From: Octopus bimaculoides
Taxonomy: Eukaryota
Assembly: GCF_001194135.2 (NCBI RefSeq)
Contig: NC_068991.1
Span: 50,208,794 to 50,272,793, forward strand
Reading direction: 5' to 3'
DNA: 64,000 nucleotides
Within the stretch, counting starts at the first letter, position 1; the number at the start of each line of letters is the position of its first letter. This document shows positions 63,761 to 64,000 of the stretch, one piece after another. The notes below the pieces were generated by a model. It searched no databases and was not told where the DNA came from. It saw only the letters and a list, made by a program, of their open reading frames with translations. The translations under genes and the position numbers were made by a program.

Positions 63761-64000
63761 TTAGTGCATTTTGTCAACAAACCATATTTTTTTACTTTTT
63801 TTGAAATACCGCTAAGCATTTGTTTTTTACTTGTTTTATATACTGTAGTATATTCATTTAAGTTACTCGAAGGTGAGCAGGTCTATGACTTGAAAAAAAA
63901 ATCTTCGGTTGAATGCAAACACAAAGAGAATTGACAAACATTCCAGAAAAGACAAACCTTTAGTTCTCACCGTTATGTGAGAGGTTTACGAAATCCAGAA

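Overview
This is AT-rich, repeat-dense animal genomic DNA from a gapped draft assembly (8 N-runs). The SINE families, LINE types and compound microsatellites look like a coleoid cephalopod, most likely Octopus; this is from recall of those families, not a database search. No complete gene, rRNA, tRNA gene or CRISPR array is present. Nearly all ORFs in the supplied track are microsatellite read-throughs, N-gap artefacts or transposon relics. Recognisable content: about 19 copies or fragments of one tRNA-type SINE (family A) plus three other SINE types; six R4/Dong-like LINE fragments with restriction-like endonuclease (RLE); five Tx1/L1-like fragments; and single CR1-like, Penelope GIY-YIG and Ty3/gypsy gag-protease relics. 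DNA elements are a TIR-bounded Tc1 with a nested SINE, mariner- and piggyBac-type MITEs, and a long-TIR foldback element. Several splice-site-bounded open frames on + (best: 18619-18781) suggest the window lies in large introns of an unidentified + strand gene. The most interesting signals are a B-box-headed short element carrying a minimal Penelope-type hammerhead ribozyme (3.8 kb), a ~360-nt imperfect hairpin (24.0-24.35 kb), two polypyrimidine-CAG|GTAAG sites resembling recursive-splice sites or microexons (27.08 and 48.14 kb), RLE LINEs ending on (TAA)n arrays, and head/tail shuffling among SINEs.
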